A DNA stretch of 64,000 bases. Source: Chloropicon primus (taxonomy: Eukaryota). A program made the translations under genes and the position numbers. How positions within the stretch are numbered: the first letter of the stretch is position 1; the number at the start of each line of letters is the position of its first letter. Below the pieces are notes generated by a model. The model saw only the letters and a program-made list of their open reading frames with translations, made no database searches and was not told the DNA's origin. This document shows positions 41,130 through 52,645 of this stretch, piece after piece. The DNA is taken from positions 248,001 to 312,000 of the forward strand of contig CP060770.1 in NCBI GenBank assembly GCA_023205875.1, given 5' to 3'.

Positions 41130-43937
41130 ATGGTTCTCGCAGGTCAGACGGAGACGTACTGCACGGTGCTCGTGTCGTACGACAAGCAAGTGAATGGTAA
41201 CCAGATTCAGGAGGCGCTTGAGGGCGGAAGCTCCAAGGACAAGCGCGAAGCCATGAAAAAGTGCGTGTACATGATGCTCAACGGAGAGGACATGTCCCAA
41301 CTGTTCATGACGATCGTGAGATACGTCCTTCCTAGTGAGGATCACACGATCCAGAAGCTGCTGCTTTTGTACCTGGAGCAGCTGCAGAAGAAGGACAGCG
41401 ATGGGAAACTCCTTCCGGAGATGATATTGATCTGCCAGAACTTGAGGAACAACCTCCAGCACCCGAACGAGTACCTGAGGGGAGTGACGTTGAGGTTCTT
41501 GTGCAGGATCAAGGAGCTTGAGATCTTGGAGCCTTTGATTCCTTCGATACTGAGCAACTTGGAGCACAGGCACTCGTTCGTGAGGCGCAGCGCTGCGATG
41601 TGTGTCAAGGCGATATACGACCTGTTCGGAGACCAGCTCCTTCCGGACGCGAGCGAGATGATATTGGAGAACTTTCTTGCGAACGAGCAGGACGTGTCCG
41701 CGAGGAGGAATGCCCTGCTGATGCTTTGCACCACCGCCCCGGATCTCGCCGTCCAGTACCTCATGTCGCAGCTGGACCAGCTCCCGACGTGGCCGGATAT
41801 TTTGCAGCTCGTGGTCCTCGACCTTGTCAGATCGGTCTGCAGGACTCAGCCAGAGAACAAGGGCAAGTACATCAAGCTCATATTGGCCCTCATGTCTTCG
41901 AAGCACACCTCGGTGGCTTACGAGTGCGCCAACACCCTGATACAGCTTTCCAGGGCCAGCTCTGCGATCAGAGCCGCTGCCATGTGCTACTGCCAGCTCC
42001 TGATCAACCATAGCGACAACAACGTCAAGCTTATTGTGCTGGGCAAGCTCGAGGAGATGAAGGCGCAGCACGGAGACATCCTGAAGGACATGGTGATGGA
42101 CATTCTCAGGGCTCTATCTTCGCCAAACGTGGACATCAAGAAGAAGATTTTGGACATCGTTTTGGACCTCCTGTCCTCCAAGAACATCGAGGAGGTGGTC
42201 CTCGCCCTCAAGAAGGAGGTGGTGAAGGTGGACGACCTGAGCGAGAGCGCTGGGGAGCACAGGCAGATGCTGGTGCAAGCTATCCACAAGTGCACCGTGA
42301 ACTTCCCAGACGTCGCGGGAGCTGTGGTTCCACTCTTGATGGGCTTCTTGACCGACTCCAACACAGTCTCGGCCGTGGACGTGATCTATTTCGTCAGGGA
42401 AATCATGGAGACCAACCCAAAGCTGCAGCAGCAAGTGCTCGAGCTCCTTTTGGACGTCTTCCCTCAGATTAGAACTTCAAGGGTCTGCAGCTGCAGTCTG
42501 TGGATTCTTGGGGAATATAGCAACACCGCGGAGGAGGTGATGACGGCTCTCGAGGCCATCAAAGAATGCGTTGGACCCCTGCCTTTCTTCCACACGGACG
42601 AGGAGGACGGAAGCGTCAAGGTCGACATGGCCGAGTCCGTCACGAGCGTCGGCGGCGGAAGTTCCTCGGGACCAAAGATCCTTGCGGACGGATCGTACGC
42701 AACCGAGTCCGCGGTCACCATGAGTGCTGCGACTTCCTTCATGTCGTCTCCCAACCTGAGGGCTCTGATTCTGGCCTGCGACTATTTCTTGGCCTCAATC
42801 GTTGCCAGCACGTACACCAAACTCGTGATCAAGCTGATGAACCTGGGATCTGCGGGACAGGTGAACAAGGAGACCGCAGAGAGCATGCTTTACATTGCGA
42901 GCTTGCTCAGGCTCAGTGAGTCGGGGGCCGTCAGCCACTCGATGGACTTGGACAGCAAAGACAAGATCAACGTTTGCTTGAACATTCTGACGAACCCCTC
43001 GGAGGCTAGCCTCCTGGAGGAGTGCAGGAACTCTTTCGCAGCGATGATCGAGGAGAAGCATAGGGAGGAGGAGGAGGATAAGAAGAAGAACGCCGCCCCA
43101 GTGGTCCAGCCAGACGACTTGATTGACTTCTACCACCTGAAGAACACCCAGGGAATGAGCCAGATTGAGATGGAAGATGCCGTTGCCACTGACTTGAGCA
43201 GGGCGATGGGAGTGAACACTGGTTCCGAGGAGAACGGAGGTGAAGAGAAGGTTGTGCAGCTCACAGGTTTCTCGGATCCGGTCTATGCCGAGGCCTTCAT
43301 GACGGTGCACCAATACGACATTGTCCTTGACATTTACGTTGCCAACAGGCACGACGAGACCCTCCAGGACGTCAGCCTGGAGCTGGCGACCATGGGAGAC
43401 CTCAAGCTTGTAGAGAGGCCCTCTCCAGTGACTCTGGGAGTCGGGGAGTCGGCAATGCTTCGGGCAAACATCAAGGTGTCGAGCACAGAGACCGGGGTCA
43501 TCTTTGGCTCCCTGGTTACGGGGGATATCGTAATTGTGCTGAACGACATCCACTTGGATATTGCTGACTACCTTCACAAGAAGAGCGAGCTTTCGGACGC
43601 CAGCTTTAGAAGCCGCTGGGCGGAGTTCGAGTGGGAGAACAAGGTCGCAATCAACACCACTATTGCGGATCCAGGTGCTTTCCTGGACAAGATCATCAAG
43701 AGCACGTCCTTGCAGCTGCTCACGCCTGATCCTAGCTTGGAGGGAAACTGTGGTTACCTTGCCGCGAACCTCTTCACCCGATCTGTTTTCGGTGAGGATG
43801 CCCTGGTGAACATCAGTGTGGAGAAGAACGCTGAGGGCGAGCTCGTGGGCTACGTTCGGATTAGGAGCAAAACGCAGGGCATTGCTCTTTCGCTTGGAGA
43901 CAAGATCACCCTCAAGCAGAAAAGCTTGACTGCATAG
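41130..43937 (+). CDS. COPB1: Coatomer subunit beta (beta-COP)
   Basis: EMILICQNLRNNLQHPNEYLRGVTLRFLC, QLTGFSDPVYAEA, LELATMGDLKLVERP, WAEFEWENKV, RIRSKTQGIALSLGDKI. Confidence 0.98.
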   Translation: MVLAGQTETYCTVLVSYDKQVNGNQIQEALEGGSSKDKREAMKKCVYMMLNGEDMSQLFMTIVRYVLPSEDHTIQKLLLLYLEQLQKKDSDGKLLPEMILICQNLRNNLQHPNEYLRGVTLRFLCRIKELEILEPLIPSILSNLEHRHSFVRRSAAMCVKAIYDLFGDQLLPDASEMILENFLANEQDVSARRNALLMLCTTAPDLAVQYLMSQLDQLPTWPDILQLVVLDLVRSVCRTQPENKGKYIKLILALMSSKHTSVAYECANTLIQLSRASSAIRAAAMCYCQLLINHSDNNVKLIVLGKLEEMKAQHGDILKDMVMDILRALSSPNVDIKKKILDIVLDLLSSKNIEEVVLALKKEVVKVDDLSESAGEHRQMLVQAIHKCTVNFPDVAGAVVPLLMGFLTDSNTVSAVDVIYFVREIMETNPKLQQQVLELLLDVFPQIRTSRVCSCSLWILGEYSNTAEEVMTALEAIKECVGPLPFFHTDEEDGSVKVDMAESVTSVGGGSSSGPKILADGSYATESAVTMSAATSFMSSPNLRALILACDYFLASIVASTYTKLVIKLMNLGSAGQVNKETAESMLYIASLLRLSESGAVSHSMDLDSKDKINVCLNILTNPSEASLLEECRNSFAAMIEEKHREEEEDKKKNAAPVVQPDDLIDFYHLKNTQGMSQIEMEDAVATDLSRAMGVNTGSEENGGEEKVVQLTGFSDPVYAEAFMTVHQYDIVLDIYVANRHDETLQDVSLELATMGDLKLVERPSPVTLGVGESAMLRANIKVSSTETGVIFGSLVTGDIVIVLNDIHLDIADYLHKKSELSDASFRSRWAEFEWENKVAINTTIADPGAFLDKIIKSTSLQLLTPDPSLEGNCGYLAANLFTRSVFGEDALVNISVEKNAEGELVGYVRIRSKTQGIALSLGDKITLKQKSLTA

Positions 43938-44068
43938 AGAACTTAACACGAACTTTTGCAAATATATATTGAACCAAAAGTTTTGTATTTACTTTTTTAG
44001 GAAAAGGAAGGAAAAGAAAAGAATAAAATGGATCTCATATTGTTTCTTGCTGTGTAGTTGCGGTCCTC

Positions 44069-45949
44069 TCACCTGGAGCTCAAGCTCACCGTAAGCTCGC
44101 GGTAGGCCGTCTGAAGCATCTCGAGCCTCTTGGAGCACACCTCCCTCCTCTGCATGACCTCCTCGTTCTCTCCCAGGAGCCTCCTGAGGGACTCTGCGTC
44201 CTTGCCAGCGACTTCCTCGACAAACTTGTCGAGGAGAGATTTCTTGGCCTGCAGCACCAAGCAGTGGACAATCGCTTTGGGGATCGTGGCCTTGAGCTGG
44301 TTGCAGACAACCCCGAGGTAAGCAGAAACGTGGTTGGCGATCTGCTTCATGTGGAGGTCCTCCGAGGTTCCTCCATCCGATCCAGGCTTGATGTTTCTGC
44401 CAGAGAAGGTCTTCAAGCCCTGCATGCCCTCCTCCGCGTCTTGGGCTCTCAAGATCTCTCTGAAAAACTCAGCAGTGAGGTAAGAGGCCTCCATGTCGAC
44501 CATCGTCATGACCATGGACTTTGCCTCGTCCCTCATCCTCTCCAGGGCAAGGCCGGATTGCGCCAGGATCTCCGTGCTGAGGAGCGAGTACCTGCTCAGG
44601 CCCTCGCAATCCTTGGAGCCAAGGACGGTCTGAACGAGCTGCTGCAGGATGAGGTAGACCTCCTCGACGCAGATGACCGACGGGTCCTTGAGGAGCTTGA
44701 GGCCGGCCTCGATCAGCCTCCTGTAGCCCATCTCCGGGGCAATGAGGTGAGGCTGGTAGCCATCCGCCTCGTTGATGACCTTCTTGATGTTGGACAAGGA
44801 GTACACCTGCTTGAAGGGAAGCTCCCTGATGTGCTTGGTGAGCTTCCCCTCGAAGACGTCGAGGATGGCCTCCCCCCCGCCCTTGCCGCCATCAAGCATC
44901 GTGGCATACGAGGAGTCGAACTCCCTGCACATGGAAAGGATCTCGTGGACCATCGCGCCCCTGTTGTTCGCTGTCATGGGGCCCAAGGCCTTGAGCTCCT
45001 TCTGCATGTCTTGGACGCCCTTGTTGATGGTCTGCTGGATCTTCGGGATCTGCCTGACGATGGCTTCCTCCAGCTTCCTGCAGAGCTTGTGGGTGAGGGA
45101 AGACATTCCGACGTTCCTCAGGCCCCTGTAGTGAGGGCTCCCGTTGAAGAACTCCATCTCCTTCTTCCTGCACTCCTCCATGGTCATCTTGCTGTTGATG
45201 TCGGCCTGGGCCCTGTTCACCACCGCGATCCAGCCGTGCTTGAGCTGCACGGACCTGCCCTCCAGGACATCCCTCGCGTTGGTCCCCCTGTCCATGATGT
45301 CGAGCTTGGTGAGGACGCCGATGGTCCTCTCCCCGGCAGGGTCCACCTCCCTCGCCAGCCTCAGGCCGTCGCTGGTGGCCATGTCCGCGTTCGCCGGCGA
45401 GACGGCGAGGATGATGGCGTTCTCCCCCTTGATGTACGCCCGGGCCATGTCCTCGATGTCCTTGACGATGGACTTGGGCTGCCCCTCCGTGGCGATCTTC
45501 GTCAGGCCAGGCATGTCCACCAGCGTCAAGTTGGGCACGTCCGGCGAGTGGATGGTCAAGTGGATGGGGTCGGGGGAAACGGCCTTGCCGCTCCCGAGGG
45601 ACCTGTGGGTCTCGGCCTCGATCTCCTGCCTGATGGCGTCGAACTGCGTGAACTTCTCCCCCATCTTGTGCAGGAACTCGCCGTACTCCTTGGCTCCGGC
45701 CTTGCTCTGCACGAGCTGAAGAAGCAAGGGCCTCCTCGTCACGATGCCCGAACCCCTCGGCAGGAAGTCCTTCCCCACCACGGCCTCCAGTACCGAACTC
45801 TTTCCGCTGCTTTGGCCGCCAATCACCACGATGCTCGGCAAGACTTCCCACAAGCTCGGAAGGTTGTCGTCCCTCGAGTTCCCAGCATTGTCGCCAAGCG
45901 AGGTACACACCTGCTGGAGCTTGTTCACGAGCTCACGAAGCTGGTCCAT
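44069..45949 (-). CDS. DRP1: Dynamin-related protein, plant DRP1/phragmoplastin type
   Basis: VIGGQSSGKSSVLE, FLPRGSGIVTRRPL, LVDMPG, GVLTKLD, EADGYQPHLIAPEMGYRRLI, GED domain IPKAIVHC; no PH domain. Confidence 0.96.
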   Translation of the reverse strand: MDQLRELVNKLQQVCTSLGDNAGNSRDDNLPSLWEVLPSIVVIGGQSSGKSSVLEAVVGKDFLPRGSGIVTRRPLLLQLVQSKAGAKEYGEFLHKMGEKFTQFDAIRQEIEAETHRSLGSGKAVSPDPIHLTIHSPDVPNLTLVDMPGLTKIATEGQPKSIVKDIEDMARAYIKGENAIILAVSPANADMATSDGLRLAREVDPAGERTIGVLTKLDIMDRGTNARDVLEGRSVQLKHGWIAVVNRAQADINSKMTMEECRKKEMEFFNGSPHYRGLRNVGMSSLTHKLCRKLEEAIVRQIPKIQQTINKGVQDMQKELKALGPMTANNRGAMVHEILSMCREFDSSYATMLDGGKGGGEAILDVFEGKLTKHIRELPFKQVYSLSNIKKVINEADGYQPHLIAPEMGYRRLIEAGLKLLKDPSVICVEEVYLILQQLVQTVLGSKDCEGLSRYSLLSTEILAQSGLALERMRDEAKSMVMTMVDMEASYLTAEFFREILRAQDAEEGMQGLKTFSGRNIKPGSDGGTSEDLHMKQIANHVSAYLGVVCNQLKATIPKAIVHCLVLQAKKSLLDKFVEEVAGKDAESLRRLLGENEEVMQRREVCSKRLEMLQTAYRELTVSLSSR

Positions 45950-47400
45950 GATGAAGACAACCCACGCACGCACTGAAGAAGATGAAGATGCAGATGCTTC
46001 CTTCCTTGGTGTCGCCGCTGCTGCTGCTGCTGCTGCTGCTGCTCGTCGTCGTCGTCGTCGTCGTCGGTCGCACGAACGAAGAATGAACTGAACTGAACGA
46101 AACGAACCGCTCTTTCTCTCTCTCTCTCTCGGGTCGAGGCGTCGAGGGGTTCAAAAAAATAATTTTGAGCGTTACGTCTCCGCCCTCGTTTCCTCAAACT
46201 GATAACGCCCGCCTTGTTGAGCTCGAAAAAATCGGTCGGAGGAATTGTGGAGATGGAAGGAGAGGAAGGGAGGGAGGGGGCAATGCGGGGCGGAAGACGG
46301 GGAGTGGGAGGTGGGGGAGGGGCACGTGTCGATAGAGTTTTCTTTCCTCTTTCCAAAGACTACTCACTTGCCCGCACAACACAAAGTTTAGTTTTGACAA
46401 CCCCAATGTTGGTGGTTTTGCGTAAGGGAGGGAGTCTTCGTGGAACGGTGGGGGGAGGGGCACAACAACGTTTGGGCGCGGAAGATGGGTCAAGAAGTCG
46501 CCAGAGGAGATCATTTCGAGCTCCTGTGCGCGACGATGTTCCGGCTCCTGCGATGGCGCCACCGTGGGTGACAACACGCGCGCACGCACGCCGGTGCCAG
46601 TCAAGTGAGCAGTCCAGCAGCGTGGCATCATGGGGGGTAAGGGGGAGGTGCGCCGCGCCGGCGATGGTTTTCTTTGCGCCTCCACATCACTCGCACTGGC
46701 TGTAGCCAGCACTGCTGCCCGCAACCTTTTCGTGGTGCGCACCGCGAGTCCTCGATAGTGATCCGGAAGCCGTCGGTCCTCGGGAAAAGAGAGCCGACCA
46801 AAGAGTTGGATCCAGGAAGGTGCGAGGAGAACCAAGACTAAAGGCCACCTGATCGAGAGGATGGAGAAGCCTCTGTCCCTCTATCCCTCCTCCTCCATCC
46901 CTTGCAGCACTCACTACTTCCTTCCACCAACTCCCGTGACATCTTCGTCCTTTTGCTCATTCATCACCTTTCTCCTCCTGTTTCCCAGCAAGTGATGACT
47001 CTTTGGAAAGAGGAAGAGGAGGAGGAAGACACAGATACCTGTGCCACCCGTCACCAGCATCTCTCCTGGCTTCATTGCTCTCCTCCATCCCTTGCATCGC
47101 CCACCGCCCTCACCAACTCCCATTGGTCCTCTGATTTCAAATCTGTTGCCTTTGAAGCCTTGGAGCCCAGGAGTTCGAACAGGAGGGCCTTGCGGTTGCT
47201 TTCTTTTGCGGCGGCAGAGGACGTCAGGGGATCTGTTGAGCCTGACGAATCGAATCTTCATCTCTCGAGCTTTCCATTGATACCTCGTTCGAGGCATTGG
47301 GCGACTGGGAACTTCATCTTTGGTGGAGCAAAGGAGCAGAGGAGCAGAGAGAGGAGAGGTGGAGCAGAGGAGCAGAGGAGCAGAGGGGAGGTCCAAGGCG

Positions 47401-48849
47401 ATGGAGAAGGTGGACCAGGAGACAATTCGCCTCGTGCGCCGCTTGAAGAGCTTGAACAAGTCGGAGAGTTTCCAAGGAGGGCAGGAAGCAGATGCACAAA
47501 AGGACAAGTCATCCAAGTGGAATCGTATCAGGCAAGTGACGCATACTCCGAGAGGGGAGGGGACTGCGGAGGGGACGGGTGATGGAAGGGATGGTATGCA
47601 GGAGCCGAGTGGTGAAGCGGAGAGGCCCACCGGTGAGCGGGGGATCTACAATGCATTGTTTGCTCCGACACCTTCGGTGAGTAGTGCAAGTGGTGGTGCA
47701 GACAAGGATAAGGACAAGGCGTCGGGCCCAGCCTCGAAGGAGGTGGTCTTCCTGCCTCACTTGAACCTGGAGAATCGTTTTCTGGTGAGCGCCCAGACGG
47801 CGGTTCACTACGGCGGTTGGCTGCTGAAGCGAGGGTCTCACATGAAGGTGTGGAGGAGGAGGTGGTTCACGGTGGAGAACGAGTGCATATTGTATAGGAA
47901 AGACCCACAAGACTTTGAGATCAAAGGGAGCATACCTTTGTGCTGCGTGAGAAACATCTTTCGCACGGACAATGTCAAGAGCAAAGCCAAGTACGAGAAC
48001 GCTTGCATCTGCATCAAGACGGATTGGAGGACTTACGTGGTCGTGGCGGAGACCGCGCTTGAAGCCAGGCAGTGGAACTTCTATCTGTTCAGACTCTGGA
48101 GGGAGGTCATCTCGAGGGCGAGGCAGACTGTGCACAAGGTGGAGAACATCTCGAGTTCAGACTTGATCGAGGAGACGAGGCTGCGTTTCGGGGGCGGTGG
48201 TGGCGAAGGGGAGGACCACGAGGAAGCCATCAAGAACGATTTACCGGCGGCCAACGACACCTTTGTGGCTCAGCTGAAGAGTGCGGACGCGACCCGGTCC
48301 ATGCTCGTCCAGAGATTGTGGAAGCTCGCGTACAAGCTCGTGGTGCTGAAGAAGAATGTGGACTTTGCGAAGGATGTTGCGGACTTGTACCAAAAGCAGA
48401 TCGATGTGGTGACCCAGCAGAGGCAAGGGGACACGAAGACGCAGAGGAGGGCGCAGGAAACGATCAAGCTGCTGAAGAAGACGCTGCACAAGGTGAATGG
48501 GTTGTACGAGAAGGAGATGAAGGAAAGGGAGAAGCAGGAAGGGAGGGCGGAGTCCTTGGAAGCAGACTTGAGCCAGGCACGGGAACAGATCAAAGAAAAG
48601 GATGACATGATCGCCGGCAAGGACAAGGAGAACAGGCAGCTGGAAGAGGACGTCCTGCAGTACCAAAAGCAGGTGGAGGACTATTACATGAACCTCAAGA
48701 AGCAGCAGGAGGACCACATCAGGACCAGCCGGCCCTGGCTGGCCAGCACCCTGCAACAGAACACTCCTCTGCTCCAACTGCAGCGGGGCGATCCCGCCAT
48801 GAACGCGGACAGGGAGAGGCAACCGAGGAGAAGGAGCAGTCGGCAGTAA
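47401..48849 (+). CDS. PH-domain plus coiled-coil protein
   Basis: GWLLKRGSHMKVWRRRWF...KGSIPL...RTYVVVAET..EARQW, followed by a long coiled coil. Confidence 0.85.
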   Translation: MEKVDQETIRLVRRLKSLNKSESFQGGQEADAQKDKSSKWNRIRQVTHTPRGEGTAEGTGDGRDGMQEPSGEAERPTGERGIYNALFAPTPSVSSASGGADKDKDKASGPASKEVVFLPHLNLENRFLVSAQTAVHYGGWLLKRGSHMKVWRRRWFTVENECILYRKDPQDFEIKGSIPLCCVRNIFRTDNVKSKAKYENACICIKTDWRTYVVVAETALEARQWNFYLFRLWREVISRARQTVHKVENISSSDLIEETRLRFGGGGGEGEDHEEAIKNDLPAANDTFVAQLKSADATRSMLVQRLWKLAYKLVVLKKNVDFAKDVADLYQKQIDVVTQQRQGDTKTQRRAQETIKLLKKTLHKVNGLYEKEMKEREKQEGRAESLEADLSQAREQIKEKDDMIAGKDKENRQLEEDVLQYQKQVEDYYMNLKKQQEDHIRTSRPWLASTLQQNTPLLQLQRGDPAMNADRERQPRRRSSRQ

Positions 48850-48948
48850 AAAAAATCGATCTACTACGCTACGCGTGTGAAGTAAAAAGTAGTAAGTATG
48901 TTCCATTACACATGATCATTCTCAATGCGAGTGTTGTTTAGAAGCTGC

Positions 48949-51489
48949 TTAGAGCTTATCCTCATAGTCTTTCGTGGATGGGATAATCTCCTTGAGACCC
49001 TTTCTCTTTCTGGCGTCGAGGCAGATCTCGTTAGACTTGGAGCCCTCGTCATGTGGATCAGATCCCATCATCTCCCAATGATCGAACACAGACTGTGGGA
49101 AGGCCTGTCCAGAGGTGGCAGCTCTCAAGACACCGGTGAAACCGAAGGACTCGATGACTGGCAAGTAGGCCTTGATGTTGTAGATAGGGGTACCAGGTCT
49201 CTGAACCTCCTCGAACACAATACCTCTCTTCTGGTTCAGCACAGAGTAGACACCACCAATGGCGTTCTCTGGACACTGGATCTCGACCAAGTAGACAGGC
49301 TCCATGAGCTTTGGTCCGGCGTTAAGCTCGGCGGCGTACATAACCCTCCTGGAGGTAGGGATGATCTGTCCACCACCTCTATGGATCGCATCGGCGTGCA
49401 AGACGACATCCTCGATCTCGAAGGCGATACCTCTCATGTTCTCCTCGGCAAGAGGACCGTCCTTGGAGGCCCACTGCAAGGCGGCGACGACGCTATCCTT
49501 GATCTCATTCAGGTACTGGACTCCCTTGGTCATATCAACAACCATGTTTGGTCCAGTGGTGTCAGGTCCGAAGCACCAAATCTTCCTGGCACCAATATCC
49601 TTGTCCCACTCGAACTTCTCGGCAAGGTATCTTCCCCTGGCCTTAGGCTCGTCTCTTGGTCCAACGAGTCCCTCGTCAATGGCCTCTGGGAGTCCTTCCT
49701 CGAGTGGCCTGGCGGTCATGTATACTCTGTTATGCTTGTTGGGGGACTTGGACATGACGGTCTTCTCGGACGGCTTGGAGACAGTCTCCCTGAAGGACAC
49801 GACAGGATCGGAGACTCTGATAGGGGCTCCTCCCATGAAATCCTCCTGCAGATCCTTGAGGCAAATCTCCAAGTGAAGCTCACCGGCACCGGCGATAATG
49901 TGCTCACCAGTGTCCTCGATGGAGCACTGAACCATAGGATCAGACTTGGCCAAGCGCTTGAGACCCTCCACAAGCTTTGGAAGATCAGAGGCGGTCTTGC
50001 ACTCGACGGCGACACGCACGACAGGGGACACGGAGAACTTCATGGCCTTGATAGGGTGGGCATCCGCGTTCTTCTCGTTGGTCAAGGTGGCGTTCTTGGT
50101 GATGAACTGATCGAGTCCGACCATGGCGACGGTGTTACCGCAAGGGACGTCCTCGACGGCGTCCTGCCTCCTTCCCATGCACAACACGGTTCTCTGGACG
50201 GCCTTGATGTACAAGTCCTTCTTCTGTCCAGGGATGTAGTTTGGTCCCATGATCCTGACCTTCTGGCCAGTTCCGACCTTACCGGCGAAGACACGTCCGA
50301 AGGCGAAGAACCTACCCTTATCGGAGGAAGGAATCATCTTGGAAACGTAGAGCATCAATGGACCGTTAGGGTCGCAGTTGGCGATGGCGGTTCCGTAGAC
50401 GTCATCCGGTGGTCCCTCGTACAAGGTCTCGACTCTGTAAGCCTGGGCGATGGCTGGGGATGGCAAGTGGTAGATCATCATCTCCAGGAGGGCCCTGTCG
50501 GCTGGGAGCCAGGTCTGCATGACACGCTTCATGAGTGGCTTTCCGTCGAGGTCCCTGTCCTCGGCCTTGAGGAGGTCGAAGATTCCCAAGGAGGTCATCT
50601 TCTTGAAGACGTCGTCCTTCTTTCCAGCCATGCAACCGTCGATGATGGCCTTGATCGGGTTGTAGATGAACTGGACGAAGGCCCTCTGGCAGGTTCCGGA
50701 CCCGGTGTCCTTCTTGGTCCACTTCTTGGTCTTAGGATCAAAGAAGTTGTCTCCCCAGAGCTTGCTCATCATCTTCTCCTCGGCGACTCCGAACTTCTTG
50801 GAGTAGAGCTGAGCAAAGGTGGTGAGGGTGAAGGCCCATCCGTGAAGACCGGCCGAGAAGGAGACGGTTCCCTTGTCAGGGTACACCTGAACCTCCCCGA
50901 GCTTCTCGTCGGTGTAGGTGGCCATGATAACGTTGGCGTTCTCGATCACGCGCAAGAAGTTGGTGTACGCCTCCTCTCCCTCAAGCATGAGCTCCAAGAA
51001 GCACCTGTCCATCTTGTTGACGGTCAGCACCGGGCGAATCCTCTCACCCAACGCCTGCCTCAGCACGGTCTCGGTCTGCACGCAGACTCCCTCCACGCAG
51101 TCCACCACAACCAAAGCTCCGTCGGTGATACGCAGGGCCGCAGTCACCTCGGAACTGAAGTCAACGTGACCGGGAGAGTCGATCAAGTTGACAAGGAAAT
51201 CGTTCCCGTCCCTCTTTCCCTTGAAAGCGGCGAGCCACTCCTCCTCCATCTGGTAGTACAGAGAGATTCCGGTCGACTTGATGGTGATGCACCTGTCCTG
51301 CTCGTCCTGCCTCGTGTCGGTAAGCCTCTGGTCACCCGCGTTCTCCACGGCGATGATTCCAGCAGCAGCAACGAGACTATCCGTCAGCGTACTCTTCCCG
51401 TGGTCCACGTGAGCGATCACACTCATGTTCCTAATGTTGTGCTGCTTGTCCATCAAGGCACGGATCTCATCAATCGTGAACTTCACCAT
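48949..51489 (-). CDS. EEF2: Eukaryotic translation elongation factor 2
   Basis: [37 protein letters not shown], diphthamide motif [15 protein letters not shown]. Confidence 0.99.
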   Translation of the reverse strand: MVKFTIDEIRALMDKQHNIRNMSVIAHVDHGKSTLTDSLVAAAGIIAVENAGDQRLTDTRQDEQDRCITIKSTGISLYYQMEEEWLAAFKGKRDGNDFLVNLIDSPGHVDFSSEVTAALRITDGALVVVDCVEGVCVQTETVLRQALGERIRPVLTVNKMDRCFLELMLEGEEAYTNFLRVIENANVIMATYTDEKLGEVQVYPDKGTVSFSAGLHGWAFTLTTFAQLYSKKFGVAEEKMMSKLWGDNFFDPKTKKWTKKDTGSGTCQRAFVQFIYNPIKAIIDGCMAGKKDDVFKKMTSLGIFDLLKAEDRDLDGKPLMKRVMQTWLPADRALLEMMIYHLPSPAIAQAYRVETLYEGPPDDVYGTAIANCDPNGPLMLYVSKMIPSSDKGRFFAFGRVFAGKVGTGQKVRIMGPNYIPGQKKDLYIKAVQRTVLCMGRRQDAVEDVPCGNTVAMVGLDQFITKNATLTNEKNADAHPIKAMKFSVSPVVRVAVECKTASDLPKLVEGLKRLAKSDPMVQCSIEDTGEHIIAGAGELHLEICLKDLQEDFMGGAPIRVSDPVVSFRETVSKPSEKTVMSKSPNKHNRVYMTARPLEEGLPEAIDEGLVGPRDEPKARGRYLAEKFEWDKDIGARKIWCFGPDTTGPNMVVDMTKGVQYLNEIKDSVVAALQWASKDGPLAEENMRGIAFEIEDVVLHADAIHRGGGQIIPTSRRVMYAAELNAGPKLMEPVYLVEIQCPENAIGGVYSVLNQKRGIVFEEVQRPGTPIYNIKAYLPVIESFGFTGVLRAATSGQAFPQSVFDHWEMMGSDPHDEGSKSNEICLDARKRKGLKEIIPSTKDYEDKL

Positions 51490-52457
51490 GGTGGCTGCTG
51501 AATGAAAATGAACTCAAGCGGAAAGGAAAAGGAAAAAAAAAGAAAAGAAAACGCGGACAAGCGTTACAAATTCGTCGAGCGTAGGACGAACGAAAGTGAA
51601 CGCGATTGCGAAGGTACTTCGCGCGCAGTTGTCTTGCGTCTCGCTTGGTTTTGTTTTGTTCTCTGGGCGCCTCGTGCGACGACGGCGGAGGAACAGAATG
51701 AAAACCGGCTTGGCTGCTTGGGGCCTCTGTCGTCCGGATGTTTCGACAGGAAACGTTCGACGTGAGGAGAGAGATAAGAAGAGAGAACAGTTGTTTTGGG
51801 GTGAATCTGTGTGACGCCTCTTGTCGAAAGAGGAGGGGCGAGGAGCGCCGCCACTTGGTGGCTTCGTGTAGAAAACGCTTCTTGTTGGTGGTTCCCCTAT
51901 TTTTTTTGGAATTTTTCGAGGGCGGGGGGCGAGGAGAGCGAGCGAGAAGGCTGCGGAGTGATGGATGGATGGATGGATGGATGGATGGATGGATGGAGGG
52001 AGGGATGGAGGGAGGGATGGAGGGAGGGAGGGAGGGACGGTGGGAGTTCCTTAAGGAAATAGGAGGGTGTTTATGGATGGATTGGGATCTCTCTCTCTCT
52101 CTCTCTCTCATCACTCGAGGAGAATGTGGGTTGGTGGGGGTGACCTCCAAGATGCTTAATTCTTTGAAGAGTGTATACTTCGAGAAGTGTGGATTGAAGC
52201 TGCTGGAGGCCTTGCCATTGATGAGTGTAGTGTAGTGTAGTTGTAGTGTACCACACGGAAGGGAGGAGGAGGAAGGACCGCCATTTCGGAGTGTACACGA
52301 TGTAAACGATGGCTTCTGTTGAGGAGAATAATGTAATAATGGATCCACCATTGCCTTCCACAAGCATGGCAATCGCAAATACCATCCTTGAGTCTCCCTT
52401 GAGTCATCGTGGCAGGAAAGGAAAATGATGAGGGGATGATTGAGGGAATCTTCATTC

Positions 52458-52496
<39 letters not shown>

Positions 52497-52645
52497 ACCA
52501 GACCAGACCAATTTAGTTACGATTACACAAAAAGAGGATCCGAGGAGGAGGAGGTGTGGGCGCGTGTGGGCGTTTCTCTGGCTCTGGCTCCGAATCGCAT
52601 TCCACGTTCGATCCTCCTCCTCCTCCTCCTCCTCCTCCTCAATTA

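Noticed and set aside
48925..51501. 858-aa antisense ORF over EF-2 (similar ones over DRP1 44264-45976, PurD 59847-61559, NOT2 52556-54181, CFAP91 3366-4853)
   Set aside because: Shadow ORFs caused by strong GC3 codon bias on the coding strand; Leu/Val/Gly-rich with no motifs.
51500..52640. Several ORFs in the EF-2/NOT2 intergenic region (likewise 5242-5796, 39900-41000, 46000-47300, 61900-62500)
   Set aside because: These are translations of microsatellite and low-complexity promoter/UTR sequence with no domain signal.
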